DNA of 64,000 nucleotides from Candidatus Eiseniibacteriota bacterium (GTDB lineage Bacteria; Eisenbacteria; RBG-16-71-46; CAVPCR01): NCBI GenBank assembly GCA_963702435.1, contig CAVPCR010000004.1, positions 96,001 to 160,000 of the forward strand, read 5' to 3'. Shown piece by piece: positions 9,199 to 19,104 of this stretch (position 1 is its first letter; each line of letters starts with the position of its first letter). The notes under the pieces were generated by a model. It saw only the letters and a program-made list of their open reading frames with translations, ran no database searches and was not told where the DNA came from. The position numbers and the translations under genes were made by a program.

Positions 9199-11463
9199 AT
9201 GATGCAGAACAGCGAGACACGGGAGATGATATCGGGGCCGGGCGACGGCGGCGGCGCACAGCTCGAGCTGGGATCCTCCCCGGTTCCCGCCGTGCGCATC
9301 GATCCCGGGCCCGAGAACATCCTCTATCTCACCTTCGACGATCCCGATCGCCGGGTGAATCTGTTCACGGGCGCCGTGCTCGCTCGCCTCGACCAGATGC
9401 TGGATGAGCTGGCGCGCGCTTCCGAGGCGAGTGCAGTCATCGTGCGCAGCGTGAAGCCCGATTGCTTCCTGGCCGGGGCCGACCTCGAGGCGACGGCGCG
9501 CATCCGCACCAAGGCCGAGGGCATCGCCGCGGCGCGACTCGGGCAGCGCGTGTTCTCCAAGGTCGAAACGCTCCGTCTCCCGGTGATCGCTGCGATCGAC
9601 GGCGCCTGCCTCGGCGGCGGCGCCGAGTTCGCGCTCGCCTGCCACTTCCGCCTGTTCAGCGACCGGCGCTCGACCCGCTTCGGCTTTCCCGAGGTGCGGC
9701 TCGGCCTCCTCCCGGCGTGGGGCGGCACGCAGCGGCTGCCGCAGCTCGTCGGGCTCCGGCGCGCGATCGGGCTCATCCTGTCCGGGCGTCCGATCGACGG
9801 CGAGCAGGCGCTCCGCATGGGCCTCGCCGACGAGGTGTATCCGGCCGAGCTCTTCGCCGACCAGGTCCTCGCCTTCACCCGCCGGGTGGTCGCGGCGCAG
9901 CGCGGCCCGCGGCGCGCGGAGCCGAAGCTCGGCGGCTGGGAGAGGCTCCTCGAGCGGACGCGCGTGGGGCGGGCCGCGCTCTTCGCACGCGCGCACGAGG
10001 ACCTCTATGCGCGCACGCGCGGCCTCTATCCGGCCCCGCCGATGGCGCTCAATGCGATCCGGATCGGCGTCGAGCGCGGCCGCCGCGCCGGCTACGCGGT
10101 CGAGGCGCGGAGCGCGGGAGAGCTCCTCGTGTCGCCGGCGACGCGCCACATGATCGCGGTCCACTTCCTGAAGGAGGCGGCGGCCAAGGCGGCGGGAGTC
10201 GCCGATCTCGCCGGCGGGGCGCCGCGCGTCCTCGACGTGGGCGTGATCGGCGCCGGCGTCATGGGCGGCGGCATCGCGCACGCGGCGACCAGGGCCGAGA
10301 TCCAGGTGCGGCTTCGCGACGTCAAACACGAGGCGATCGCGCACGCGCTGGCCGAGGCGCGCTCTCTCTACCACCGCGAGGTCGAGCACGGCCAGATGAC
10401 ACCGGCCGAGGTCGAGCGCCACCTGGGGCTCATCGCCACCACCCTCGAGATGAAGGGATTTCGCCGCGCCGATCTGGTGATCGAGGCGGTCAGCGAGGAT
10501 CAGGCCCTCAAGATGCAGGTCCTCCGCGAGATCGAGGCCGAGGTGCGCGAGGACGCGATCATCGCCTCGAACACGTCATCCCTGTCGATCACGGATCTGG
10601 CGGCCGCCCTGTGGCGCCCGTCGCGGGCGATCGGGCTCCACTTCTTCCATCCGGTGGATCGGATGACGCTCGTCGAGGTGGTGCGCGGAGCGCAGACCGA
10701 GGACTGGGTGGTGGCTTCCGCCTTCGATTTCGTGCAACGGCTCGGCAAAACGCCGCTCCTCGTCGCCGACCGCCCGGGCTTCCTCGTCAACCGCCTCCTT
10801 ACCCCGTACCTGAACGAGGCCTGCCTCCTGCTGGAGGAAGGGTTCACGATCGACGTCGTCGATCGCGCCATGCGGAACTTCGGCATGCCGCTCGGTCCGC
10901 TCGAGCTCCTCGACGAGATCGGGCTCGACGTCGCGCTCGGCGCCGCCGAGCGCCTGCAGAAGGCCTATGGCACGCCCTTCTCCCCGCTCCTCGCGGCGCT
11001 CGTCGGCAGGGGGCGCCTCGGGCGCAAGAGCGGCCTCGGGTTCTACCGCACGACGGGCAGCGAGCGGCGCGTGGATCCCGAGGTGCAGGCGATCATCGAG
11101 TCGCTCCCGGCCGCCGGCGTTCCCGCGGGTGCGGGGGCGGCGGCAGCGGCGGCAGCGGCGGCCGCGCCCGAGCTCGCCGCGAATCTCCAGGAGCGGCTCA
11201 TGCTCCCCATGATCAACGAGGCGGCACGCTGCCTGGAGGAAGGAGTCGTGGCCGCGCCGGCCGCGGTGGACCTGGGCCTCGTGCTCGGCATCGGGTTCCC
11301 GTCCTTCCGCGGTGGGATCCTCCGTCACGCCGACGCGCTCGACGTGAAGACCGTGGTCGAGCGCATGTCGCTCTTCGCAGCCGAAGGCCAGCGCCGCTTC
11401 GAGCCGGCGCCGCTCCTGATCGAGATGGCGCGCGCCGGGCGCACCTTCTTCCCCGCCCCGTAG
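9199..11463 (+). CDS. fadJ: Fatty-acid oxidation complex alpha subunit (enoyl-CoA hydratase / 3-hydroxyacyl-CoA dehydrogenase)
   Basis: FLAGAD, CLGGGAEFAL and FPEVRLGLLP hydratase motifs. GAGVMGGGI, IEAVSE, SNTSS, GLHFF.P and PGFLVNR dehydrogenase motifs. Confidence 0.9.
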   Translation: MMQNSETREMISGPGDGGGAQLELGSSPVPAVRIDPGPENILYLTFDDPDRRVNLFTGAVLARLDQMLDELARASEASAVIVRSVKPDCFLAGADLEATARIRTKAEGIAAARLGQRVFSKVETLRLPVIAAIDGACLGGGAEFALACHFRLFSDRRSTRFGFPEVRLGLLPAWGGTQRLPQLVGLRRAIGLILSGRPIDGEQALRMGLADEVYPAELFADQVLAFTRRVVAAQRGPRRAEPKLGGWERLLERTRVGRAALFARAHEDLYARTRGLYPAPPMALNAIRIGVERGRRAGYAVEARSAGELLVSPATRHMIAVHFLKEAAAKAAGVADLAGGAPRVLDVGVIGAGVMGGGIAHAATRAEIQVRLRDVKHEAIAHALAEARSLYHREVEHGQMTPAEVERHLGLIATTLEMKGFRRADLVIEAVSEDQALKMQVLREIEAEVREDAIIASNTSSLSITDLAAALWRPSRAIGLHFFHPVDRMTLVEVVRGAQTEDWVVASAFDFVQRLGKTPLLVADRPGFLVNRLLTPYLNEACLLLEEGFTIDVVDRAMRNFGMPLGPLELLDEIGLDVALGAAERLQKAYGTPFSPLLAALVGRGRLGRKSGLGFYRTTGSERRVDPEVQAIIESLPAAGVPAGAGAAAAAAAAAAPELAANLQERLMLPMINEAARCLEEGVVAAPAAVDLGLVLGIGFPSFRGGILRHADALDVKTVVERMSLFAAEGQRRFEPAPLLIEMARAGRTFFPAP

Positions 11464-11484
11464 AACGGGGCCGGGAGGCTCCGG

Positions 11485-12393
11485 TCACCGCGGCTCGGAG
11501 TCGAGAGCCTCCTTGGCCGCGGCGAGCTCGGCGCGCTGCGCGTCATCGAGCTGCGGATAGGCGAGGCCGAGCGCATCCAGGGCCTCGATCACGGCGGCGG
11601 CGACCACGACGCGGGTGAACCACTTGTTGTCGGCCGGAATGACATACCACGGCGAGTCCGGTGCCGCGGTGTGGCGGATCATGTCCTCGTACGCCGCCAT
11701 GTATTCGTCCCAGCGGCCCCGTTCCCGGGCGTCGCCGGTGGAGAACTTCCAGTTCTTGTCCGGGTCCTCGATCCGCGCGAGGAAGCGTCGTCTCTGCTCC
11801 TCCTTCGACACGTGCAGGAAGAACTTGCGGACCACGATGCCGTTCCGGGTCAGGTAGCGTTCGATCGCCCGGATGTCCTCGAAGCGCTCCTGCCAGATGC
11901 GATCGGTGACGAGCGCCGGCGGGAGCTTCTGCCGCTGGAGGAACTCGGGGTGCACGCGCACGACGAGCGTTTCCTCGTAGTAGCTGCGATTGAAGATGCC
12001 GATGCGGCCGCGCTCGGGCAGCGACTTGAGGCAGCGCCAGAGGTAGTCGTGGTCGATCTCCTCGCTGGACGGCGCCTTGAACGAGAACACCTGGCAGCCC
12101 TGCGGGTTGACGCCCGACATCACGTGCTTGATGGCGCCGTCCTTGCCGGCGGCGTCCATGGCCTGGAAGATGAGGAGCAGCGCCCAGCGGTCCTGCGCGT
12201 AGAGCTTGTCTTGTAGTTCGGCGAGCGCCTCGATGCCGGCGGCGAGCGCTTCCTTGGCCCGCGGCTTGTCCTCGTCGGTGAAGTCGAGCGTATCTCCGGG
12301 GTCCACGTCGGCGAGGCGGAAGTCCTTCCCGTTCGTGACGCAGAAGCGGCTCGCCAGGCGCGCGGCTTTCTCATGCAAGTCGTTTCTGCTCAT
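11485..12393 (-). CDS. ppk2: Polyphosphate kinase 2 family protein (class III-like)
   Basis: FQAMDAAGKDG Walker A, FNRSYYE Walker B, DKNWKFS and WYVIPADNKW. Confidence 0.93.
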   Translation of the reverse strand: MSRNDLHEKAARLASRFCVTNGKDFRLADVDPGDTLDFTDEDKPRAKEALAAGIEALAELQDKLYAQDRWALLLIFQAMDAAGKDGAIKHVMSGVNPQGCQVFSFKAPSSEEIDHDYLWRCLKSLPERGRIGIFNRSYYEETLVVRVHPEFLQRQKLPPALVTDRIWQERFEDIRAIERYLTRNGIVVRKFFLHVSKEEQRRRFLARIEDPDKNWKFSTGDARERGRWDEYMAAYEDMIRHTAAPDSPWYVIPADNKWFTRVVVAAAVIEALDALGLAYPQLDDAQRAELAAAKEALDSEPR

Positions 12394-12527
12394 GGCTTGC
12401 TCATGGCTCCATCTCCGGGTCTACCTCGACGGCCGGGCTCGTTGTAGTATACACGCTGCCGCTGATGATCGAGCCCGGCCGCGCTGCGTGGCCGCGCGGT
12501 GGGCCGCGCGGAAGAGGGAGGGGAGCG

Positions 12528-14174
12528 ATGGAACGGAAGGTGGAGAGCGGGGTGGTGGGATTCGCACGCGGTTTCTTCCACGGGATGATCAGGGAGGACC
12601 TGATCATCCCCTATCCGGAGCTCGATCCCGGCGAGTCCGAGGAGCTCGATCTGGTCCTGACCGCGTTCCGGCGCTTTGCGGAGGACAAGATCGACCCGGT
12701 CGCGATCGATGCAGCGTCGAAGCTCCCGCCCGACGTGATCCGCGGTCTCGCCGACATGGGCGTGCTCGGGCTCACGGTGCCCGAGGAGCACGGCGGCCTC
12801 GGCATGTCGGTGACGGCCTACTGCCGCTTCATGGAGACGGTGGCCGGACACTGCGGCGCCACCGCCACCCTCATCGGCGGACACCAGTCGCTCGGCTCGA
12901 AGGCGATCATCCTCTTCGGGAGCGAGGAGCTCAAGGCGCGCTACCTGCCGCGGCTCGCCACCGGCGAGCTGATCGCGGCCTTCTCGCTCAGCGAGTCGGG
13001 GGCCGGCTCGGACGCGGGCGCACTCCGCACGGTCGCCGCGTGGGACGAGAAGGAAGGCGTTTACGTCCTGAACGGCACCAAGCAGTGGTGCACCAACGGC
13101 GGCCTGTGCGATGTCGTCGTCACCTTCGCGCGCACGCCCGATCTCGGCCCCGTGAAGAAGGGGCGCGACATCACGGCGTTCGTCGTCGAGATGGACACGC
13201 CCGGGCTCACGCGCGGCCGCGAGGAGCACAAGATGGGGCTCCGCGGCTCGTCGACGATCGAGCTCGGCCTCCAGAACGTGAAGGTGCCGGCGGCGAACGT
13301 GCTGGGGAAGAAGGGCGAGGGGCTCAAGCTCGCGCTCACCGTGCTCGATACCGGCCGGCTCTCCCTCGGCGCCTGCTGCGTCGGCGCGGCGAAGCGGATG
13401 CTCTCGGCGGCGGCCGGCCACGCCCGGGAGCGCCAGCAGTTCGATACGTATCTCAAGGACTTCGAGCTGATCCAGGAGAAGCTCGCCGACATGGCGGCCA
13501 CGATCCACGCCATGGAGAGCGTGACCTACCTGACCGCGGGGCTCGCCGACCGCGGCGACTCGGACTACGCGATCGAGTCGGCGATCACCAAGACCTTCTG
13601 CTCGGAGGGGCTGTGGAAGGTGGTGAACCACGCCGTGCAGGTGAACGGCGGCAACGGATTCATCACCGAGTATCCCTACGAGCGCTTCCTGCGCGACAGC
13701 CGCGTCAACATGATCTTCGAGGGGACGAACGAGATCCAGCGGCTGTTCATCGCCGGGACCGGGCTCAAGGCCGCGGCGGCGGCGGCGGGCGGTGCGGCGG
13801 CGGCGGCGCGCTTCACGCGGGTGCCGGCCGCGCTCGCGGCCGAGGCGGCGATGGTGGAGACGGGCGTCAAGGAGCTGGCGGCCGCGGCTGCAGCGGCCGT
13901 CGCACGGCACGGCGCGAAGCTCGCCGAGCGCGAGCTCATCCTGGCCCGGCTCGCCGATTGCGCGATCGATCTCTACGCGACGAGCGCCTGCCTCGCGCGC
14001 GCAACGGCGGCGACGGCCGCGCGCGGGCCGGAGGGGGCTGCCGGCGAGATCGACATGACGCGCCTCTTCGCAGCGGCGGCGGGGCGGCGCCTCGAGCTCG
14101 CGCTCCGCGCCTGCGAGTCGAACGAGGACGACGTCGTGCGCCGCGTCTCCGAGCGCGCGTGCGCCGTGTCATGA
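12528..14174 (+). CDS. Acyl-CoA dehydrogenase (ACAD9/VLCAD-like with C-terminal extension)
   Basis: FSLSESGAGSD, NGTKQWCTN, KMGLRGSST, RQQF, and RDSRVNMIFEGTNEIQR with the catalytic Glu. GAGGGAGG RBS. Confidence 0.93.
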   Translation: MERKVESGVVGFARGFFHGMIREDLIIPYPELDPGESEELDLVLTAFRRFAEDKIDPVAIDAASKLPPDVIRGLADMGVLGLTVPEEHGGLGMSVTAYCRFMETVAGHCGATATLIGGHQSLGSKAIILFGSEELKARYLPRLATGELIAAFSLSESGAGSDAGALRTVAAWDEKEGVYVLNGTKQWCTNGGLCDVVVTFARTPDLGPVKKGRDITAFVVEMDTPGLTRGREEHKMGLRGSSTIELGLQNVKVPAANVLGKKGEGLKLALTVLDTGRLSLGACCVGAAKRMLSAAAGHARERQQFDTYLKDFELIQEKLADMAATIHAMESVTYLTAGLADRGDSDYAIESAITKTFCSEGLWKVVNHAVQVNGGNGFITEYPYERFLRDSRVNMIFEGTNEIQRLFIAGTGLKAAAAAAGGAAAAARFTRVPAALAAEAAMVETGVKELAAAAAAAVARHGAKLAERELILARLADCAIDLYATSACLARATAATAARGPEGAAGEIDMTRLFAAAAGRRLELALRACESNEDDVVRRVSERACAVS

Positions 14175-15364
14175 ACGCCGCGACGAACAGGCCGGCGCCG
14201 GCGGAGCGGATCCGCGCCGCGATCGCCGCCCGCGGGCCGGAGCTCGCGGCCGTCGCGCGGCGCATCCACGAGCATCCGGAGCTCCGTTTCGAGGAGGTCC
14301 AGGCGGCGGAATGGCTCGCCGGGGCAGCCGGATCGTCGGGGGGCGTGGTCGAGCGCGGGATTGGAGGGTTGCCGACTGCGTTCCGCGCGCGCACGGGGCG
14401 GGCCGGCGGCCCGCGCATCGCGATTCTCGCCGAGTACGACGCGCTTCCCGAGATCGGGCATGCCTGCGGGCACAACCTGATCGCGGGCGGAGCGCTCGGC
14501 GCCTTCCTCGGGCTGGCCGCGGTGGCCGACGATCTCCCCGGCGAGGTCGTCCTCCTGGGGACGCCGGGCGAGGAGGGGGGCGGCGGCAAGGTGAAGCTCC
14601 TCGCCGCCGGCGCCTTCGCGGAGATCGATGCGGCCATCATGTTCCATCCCCTGGACCGGGATCTCCTCGCGCACGGCGCGCTCGCGAGCGAGTGGGTCAC
14701 CTTCCGGTTCACCGGGCGGCCGTCGCACGCGGCGGCCGCGCCATGGGACGGGAACTCGGCGCTCTCGGGCGTGATCCAGACCTTCCAGCTCATCGACAGC
14801 CAGCGCGTGCACTTGAAGGACGGCACGCGCGTGCACGGCTTCATCACGAACGGCGGGCAGGCGGTGAACATCATCCCGGAGCGCGCGGCCTGCCAGTTCA
14901 GCGTGCGCGCGACCACCGACGCCTACCTCGCCCGCGTGCTCGAGATCGTGACCGACTGCGCGCGGGCGGCGGCGCTCGCCACGCGCACCGAGGTCGCGAT
15001 CGAGCGCCAGAAGGGCTACCGCGATCTCCGGAACAACATGATCCTGGCCCGCGTCTTCGGCCGGCATCTCGCCGCTCTCGGGCGGACCGCGGCCGAGGCG
15101 GACACCGAGCTCGGGCAGGGCTCGACCGACATGGGCGACGTGTCGCACGTGGTTCCGGCGATCCACCCGTACGTGGCCGTCTGCGATCGCGGTGCGGCCA
15201 TGTGCCACCAGGAGGACTTCGTGCGGGTCGCCGCCGCGGACCGCGGCATCGCGGCCATGCTCGATGCGGCAGAGGCGCTCGCGCTCACCGCCGAGGAGTT
15301 CCTCCGCGATGCGGCGCTGCGCACCGCGGTGCGGAGCGAGTTCGAGACGGGCCGCCCGGCCTGA
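14171..15364 (+). CDS. M20 family amidohydrolase (PM20D2/ACY1L2-like)
   Basis: HPELRFEE, EYDALP.IGHACGHN, GTPGEE and GSTDMGDVS. ATGA overlap with the acyl-CoA dehydrogenase. Confidence 0.9.
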   Translation: MNAATNRPAPAERIRAAIAARGPELAAVARRIHEHPELRFEEVQAAEWLAGAAGSSGGVVERGIGGLPTAFRARTGRAGGPRIAILAEYDALPEIGHACGHNLIAGGALGAFLGLAAVADDLPGEVVLLGTPGEEGGGGKVKLLAAGAFAEIDAAIMFHPLDRDLLAHGALASEWVTFRFTGRPSHAAAAPWDGNSALSGVIQTFQLIDSQRVHLKDGTRVHGFITNGGQAVNIIPERAACQFSVRATTDAYLARVLEIVTDCARAAALATRTEVAIERQKGYRDLRNNMILARVFGRHLAALGRTAAEADTELGQGSTDMGDVSHVVPAIHPYVAVCDRGAAMCHQEDFVRVAAADRGIAAMLDAAEALALTAEEFLRDAALRTAVRSEFETGRPA

Positions 15365-15398
15365 CGCGATCCCGCGGGACGCCCTTCGCCGTTCGCGA

Positions 15399-18300
15399 TC
15401 ACGGCGCAACGAGCCACTTCGCGACCGCGGTGCGCCCCCCGGCCGTGAGCCGGAGGAAGTAGGCGCCGCGCGGCAGCCCGCGCGTGTTCCAGGTGAGCGC
15501 ATGCCGGCCGCGCGGGAGCGGGCGGCGGTCGAGGAGGCGCGCGACGAGCCGCCCGGTCGGCGCGAACGCGGCGAGGGAGACGGGCGCCGACGCGGGCAGC
15601 GCGAGCTCGATCACGGCCGTGTCATCGCCGCGCGAGTGCACGCTCATGATGGGCGCCGCGCCACGCACGGAATCGGAGGAGACACCGATCGCCGTCTCGA
15701 GGCGAAGGTCGTCGGCCACGATCTCCACTTCCGCCGTGGCGCCCGGTCCCGCCGCCCGCGCCGAGGCAGCGATCGAGAGCCGGAAGCGGATCGATGTGGC
15801 GCCGGGCGGGGGGACGGAGATCGGGACGATCTCCGCGCACTGCTCCTCGGCCGCCCCGGTCTCGGTCCGCGTCACGTCGAAGGTCAGCAGATCCTCGGCC
15901 AGGACTTCGTGGCCCGACGCCGCCTGGTAGGAAGCGGTCAACGTGGCGCGCGCGGCGGCCCGCGCCGGGCGCCCCGGCGCCGCGCCCGCGATCACGGTGC
16001 CGCGGAGCGCGACGTGCAGCGCGCGCACGGCGCCGGGATCGGCGAGCGGCAGCAACTCCGACACGGCCACGACGAGGACGCCCGCATGCGCGGGCCAGGG
16101 GGGATCGGGATCCGGCGCGGGCGCGGGACCAGGCCCCGGAGCGAGACCGCCGGCGCGTGCGTGCGCGAAGAGGGAGGCCCGGCCTGCGAGCGGCGCGCCG
16201 AGTGGCGGGTCGCCGATCCCGTGCGCTGCGCTCGCGTCGCCGCGCCGCACCTCCTCATCGGCCTCGAGTCGCCATGGTGTCGCCACCTCGAAATCCCCGC
16301 CGGCGAGCACTCCGTCCCAGGCGAGCGTGAAGTCGGCCGGGCTCGCGCCCGCCGGGAAGCCGCCACCGGTCACCCGGATGCGGCAGGGGCGGCCGGCGGG
16401 CAGCCAGCCCGGGATCGCCCAGGCGAACTCGCCCGTGTTCGGGATGCCTGCGGCTACCGCGGTCGGAAAGGACGCGCCCCCATCGGTCGAGAGGGCGAGG
16501 TCGACCAGCTCGCGGCAGGGCGCCAGGAAGCGCACGATCGCCGTGGTCCCGCGCATCCAGCTCTCGCCGCCGGTGGGAGCGAGGACGGTCGTCGCCGGCG
16601 GTCCGGCGCGGAGCCAGCACGGTCCTCCCTCCACGGTGCGGGCGTCTCCTTCGACGTCGGTCACGGTGAGGGCCAGCAGGCAGGCGCGGTCGGACGTGAC
16701 TGGGGGCGGGAGCCACGAGACGCTCCGCTCCGTGCCGCCGAGGGCGGCGATCTCCACCCAGCTCGCGCCGCCATCCGTCGAGTAGCGGAGGCGCTGTGCA
16801 GCGATGCCCTGATCGCTCTTCTCGTCGGCGGCCTGCCACGTCACGAGCTGCGGACAGGCGTGGATATCGGCGCCGGGCCCAGGCGCGGTGATCGCCGCGA
16901 ACGGCGGATGCCGGTAGCGGGGCTCGAGGCGGAGGCCGGAGAAGGCGACCCGGTCGAAGCGGACCTCCGCCGTGCCGTCGGCGACGAGGCCGCGCGCCTC
17001 GTCGCCCGCCCCGGGCGTGGCCACCGAAGCGAGGACGAGCGTCCCATCGAACCAGACATCGTGGAAGAGGCCGCCGGCGTCCGCGGCGAGGGTAAGCACC
17101 TCGAGGCGATGCGTGACCGCGCCCGGATCGGCGATTGCCGCCCGTGCGACCAGGCTGTCGGCGGCGGTGCGCCGGACGCGGACCTCGAGCGCGTGCCCCG
17201 CACCGCTCCGCGCGAGGAGGATGCGCACCTGACCGTTCCCCTCGCCGGCCGTCGCCGCACCGGCGACGACGAGCCCGGCGGTCGACGCTGCGGCGAGCGG
17301 CGCGCGGAGCGTCAGGTCGGCGGCGAAGCGGGCGGCCCGCCCGTTCCAGGCGGCGAAGGGGAGCGTGTACCAGTCGGGCGGCCAGGCGCACGTGATGTAG
17401 GCGCGGTTCGTGGCGCGGAGCGCTCCATCGCCGCGCCCGATGAATCCGCTGTCGCCGAGCGACCAGCTGCCGGTCCCGAGCGTCCATGCGGCGAGGCTCC
17501 CCGGCGCTCCCGCCGTCATGCCGGTGAACGTGTCGAGGAAGAGGGCGAAGGGCGTCCATCCCGGCTCGGCGGCGAGATAGGGCCGCGCATGCGGATCGCC
17601 GGGGCTCGAGTAGGGCCGCGTCCGGGTCAGGGCGGCCGCTCGGCCGAAGCGATCCTCGGGGTTGTGCGCCGGGCCGTGCGGCGCGTAGTTCCCGACGTCG
17701 TGCCAGAGCCCGCCGCCCACCGAGGGCACGCGCCGCGTGCCGAAGCGGAGATCGGCCACGAGCCACGCGCGCTCGGGATGGGCTCGCGTATCGATCGTCG
17801 CGGGCGCGGGGATCACCTCGATCGCGAGATCGGACCAGTGGACGGTCGGGCCGGCGGCGAGCGCGACCTCCTCGTCCGCGCGCTCGAAGCAGCCGAGCGG
17901 GTCGCCCTCGCTCACCTCGGCGAAGCGTCCCGGTGTCGGATAGAACGCATGCGAAGCCTCGCCCTCGCCGGTGCCGCCGATGCAGCCGGTGAGCCGCCCG
18001 TGGCCGCCGACGAACGCCGTGGGATGCGTCTCCTCGACGAGGACGCAATGATCGCCGAGCGGCATCCCGGGCGGGCGCACGATGTGCACCTGGTGCGCGA
18101 AGTACTCGACATCGAGGACCGTCGCCGACTCCGGATCGTCGCTCGAGGCGAGGACGTTCATTCCTTCCCAGTCGCCCTCGTGGTTGTTGATCCAGTCGTT
18201 GAACGGGAAGAAGAACCAGTACTGGACGAGGACGGCGCCCGGCGGCCCGCCGAAGCCGGCATCGGCGGCGCGGCGGAGATGCGCGTAGGCGGTGGGCGGG

Positions 18301-18845
18301 AAGTCGAAACCCGGACGGGACCAGGCGTTGCCAGCCTCCCACACCGCGTACCACTCGGCCGGCGTGTCCACCGCCGGGTTCCCGTACTCCCAGTGGAAGC
18401 GGAGCGTGTAGGGACCGAAGGGCATCGCGGGGGGCGCGAGCGAGCGGAGAGCCGGATCGTCGGTCAGTGCCGAGTAATCGTGCGCCGGGCTGGCTTCGGC
18501 GAGCGGCGGCGACCAGCCCTGGGCCTTGACCCAGTGATCGCCGTAGGGATAGTCGAGCGGCTGCTGACTCCAGACGACGAAGAGGCGATCGGCGGGAAGT
18601 CCGGCGCCCGGCTCCGCGTCACGGAGCCCCATGATCTCGACCGGCACCGGATAGACGGGCACATGGATGCCGTTCAGCTCGGTGTCGGGGCCGTGGAGGG
18701 CGAGCGTGGGCGCGAAGCGGCGCGCGAGCGGGAGCTCGCGCTCGTCCGCGATGCCGTTCTGATCGGCATCGGTGGCGCGGGCCGCGGCGGCGACCAGGGT
18801 GAGCGCCGCCACGGCGGCGATGCATGCGGTCGGCAGATGAGCCAT
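15399..18845 (-). CDS. Large secreted multidomain protein: Vps62/NPP1-like HEGDWE domain, Ig-like modules, T9SS/FlgD-like C-terminal domain
   Basis: Signal peptide (..LTLVAAAARA), QYWFFFPFNDWINNHEGDWE, two STDGGAS(W/F) Ig-like units, and C-terminal GRLV...G.YFLRL..K. Confidence 0.75.
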   Translation of the reverse strand: MAHLPTACIAAVAALTLVAAAARATDADQNGIADERELPLARRFAPTLALHGPDTELNGIHVPVYPVPVEIMGLRDAEPGAGLPADRLFVVWSQQPLDYPYGDHWVKAQGWSPPLAEASPAHDYSALTDDPALRSLAPPAMPFGPYTLRFHWEYGNPAVDTPAEWYAVWEAGNAWSRPGFDFPPTAYAHLRRAADAGFGGPPGAVLVQYWFFFPFNDWINNHEGDWEGMNVLASSDDPESATVLDVEYFAHQVHIVRPPGMPLGDHCVLVEETHPTAFVGGHGRLTGCIGGTGEGEASHAFYPTPGRFAEVSEGDPLGCFERADEEVALAAGPTVHWSDLAIEVIPAPATIDTRAHPERAWLVADLRFGTRRVPSVGGGLWHDVGNYAPHGPAHNPEDRFGRAAALTRTRPYSSPGDPHARPYLAAEPGWTPFALFLDTFTGMTAGAPGSLAAWTLGTGSWSLGDSGFIGRGDGALRATNRAYITCAWPPDWYTLPFAAWNGRAARFAADLTLRAPLAAASTAGLVVAGAATAGEGNGQVRILLARSGAGHALEVRVRRTAADSLVARAAIADPGAVTHRLEVLTLAADAGGLFHDVWFDGTLVLASVATPGAGDEARGLVADGTAEVRFDRVAFSGLRLEPRYRHPPFAAITAPGPGADIHACPQLVTWQAADEKSDQGIAAQRLRYSTDGGASWVEIAALGGTERSVSWLPPPVTSDRACLLALTVTDVEGDARTVEGGPCWLRAGPPATTVLAPTGGESWMRGTTAIVRFLAPCRELVDLALSTDGGASFPTAVAAGIPNTGEFAWAIPGWLPAGRPCRIRVTGGGFPAGASPADFTLAWDGVLAGGDFEVATPWRLEADEEVRRGDASAAHGIGDPPLGAPLAGRASLFAHARAGGLAPGPGPAPAPDPDPPWPAHAGVLVVAVSELLPLADPGAVRALHVALRGTVIAGAAPGRPARAAARATLTASYQAASGHEVLAEDLLTFDVTRTETGAAEEQCAEIVPISVPPPGATSIRFRLSIAASARAAGPGATAEVEIVADDLRLETAIGVSSDSVRGAAPIMSVHSRGDDTAVIELALPASAPVSLAAFAPTGRLVARLLDRRPLPRGRHALTWNTRGLPRGAYFLRLTAGGRTAVAKWLVAP

Positions 18846-19104
18846 GCCCGCGCCGTCTGGCAAGCGGCATGCCGGAAGGGGAAGCCCGCGCGCAGTCGTC
18901 AAGCGCAGGGCGCATCGCGTGCCGCGCGCCGTGCGGCTCGACCACCACGTGCACGCATCCGACCATCGCGTTGACAGGTGCCGCCGCCGGGCGCCGGGCG
19001 CCGGACCCTCGCCGCGAGCGCCCGGAGTCGCTATGATGCGCCGATCCGCGACCTGCGGAGCGCGGCAGATTGCCTCAGGATGCCGAGGATGGGAGGAATA
19101 TCCG

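Noticed and set aside
18859..18875. Sigma-54-like CCGGCATGCCGCTTGC on the minus strand before the large secreted gene
   Set aside because: The implied start site falls only ~3 nt before the ATG, and GG-N10-GC arises easily by chance at this GC content. Not supportable without TSS data.
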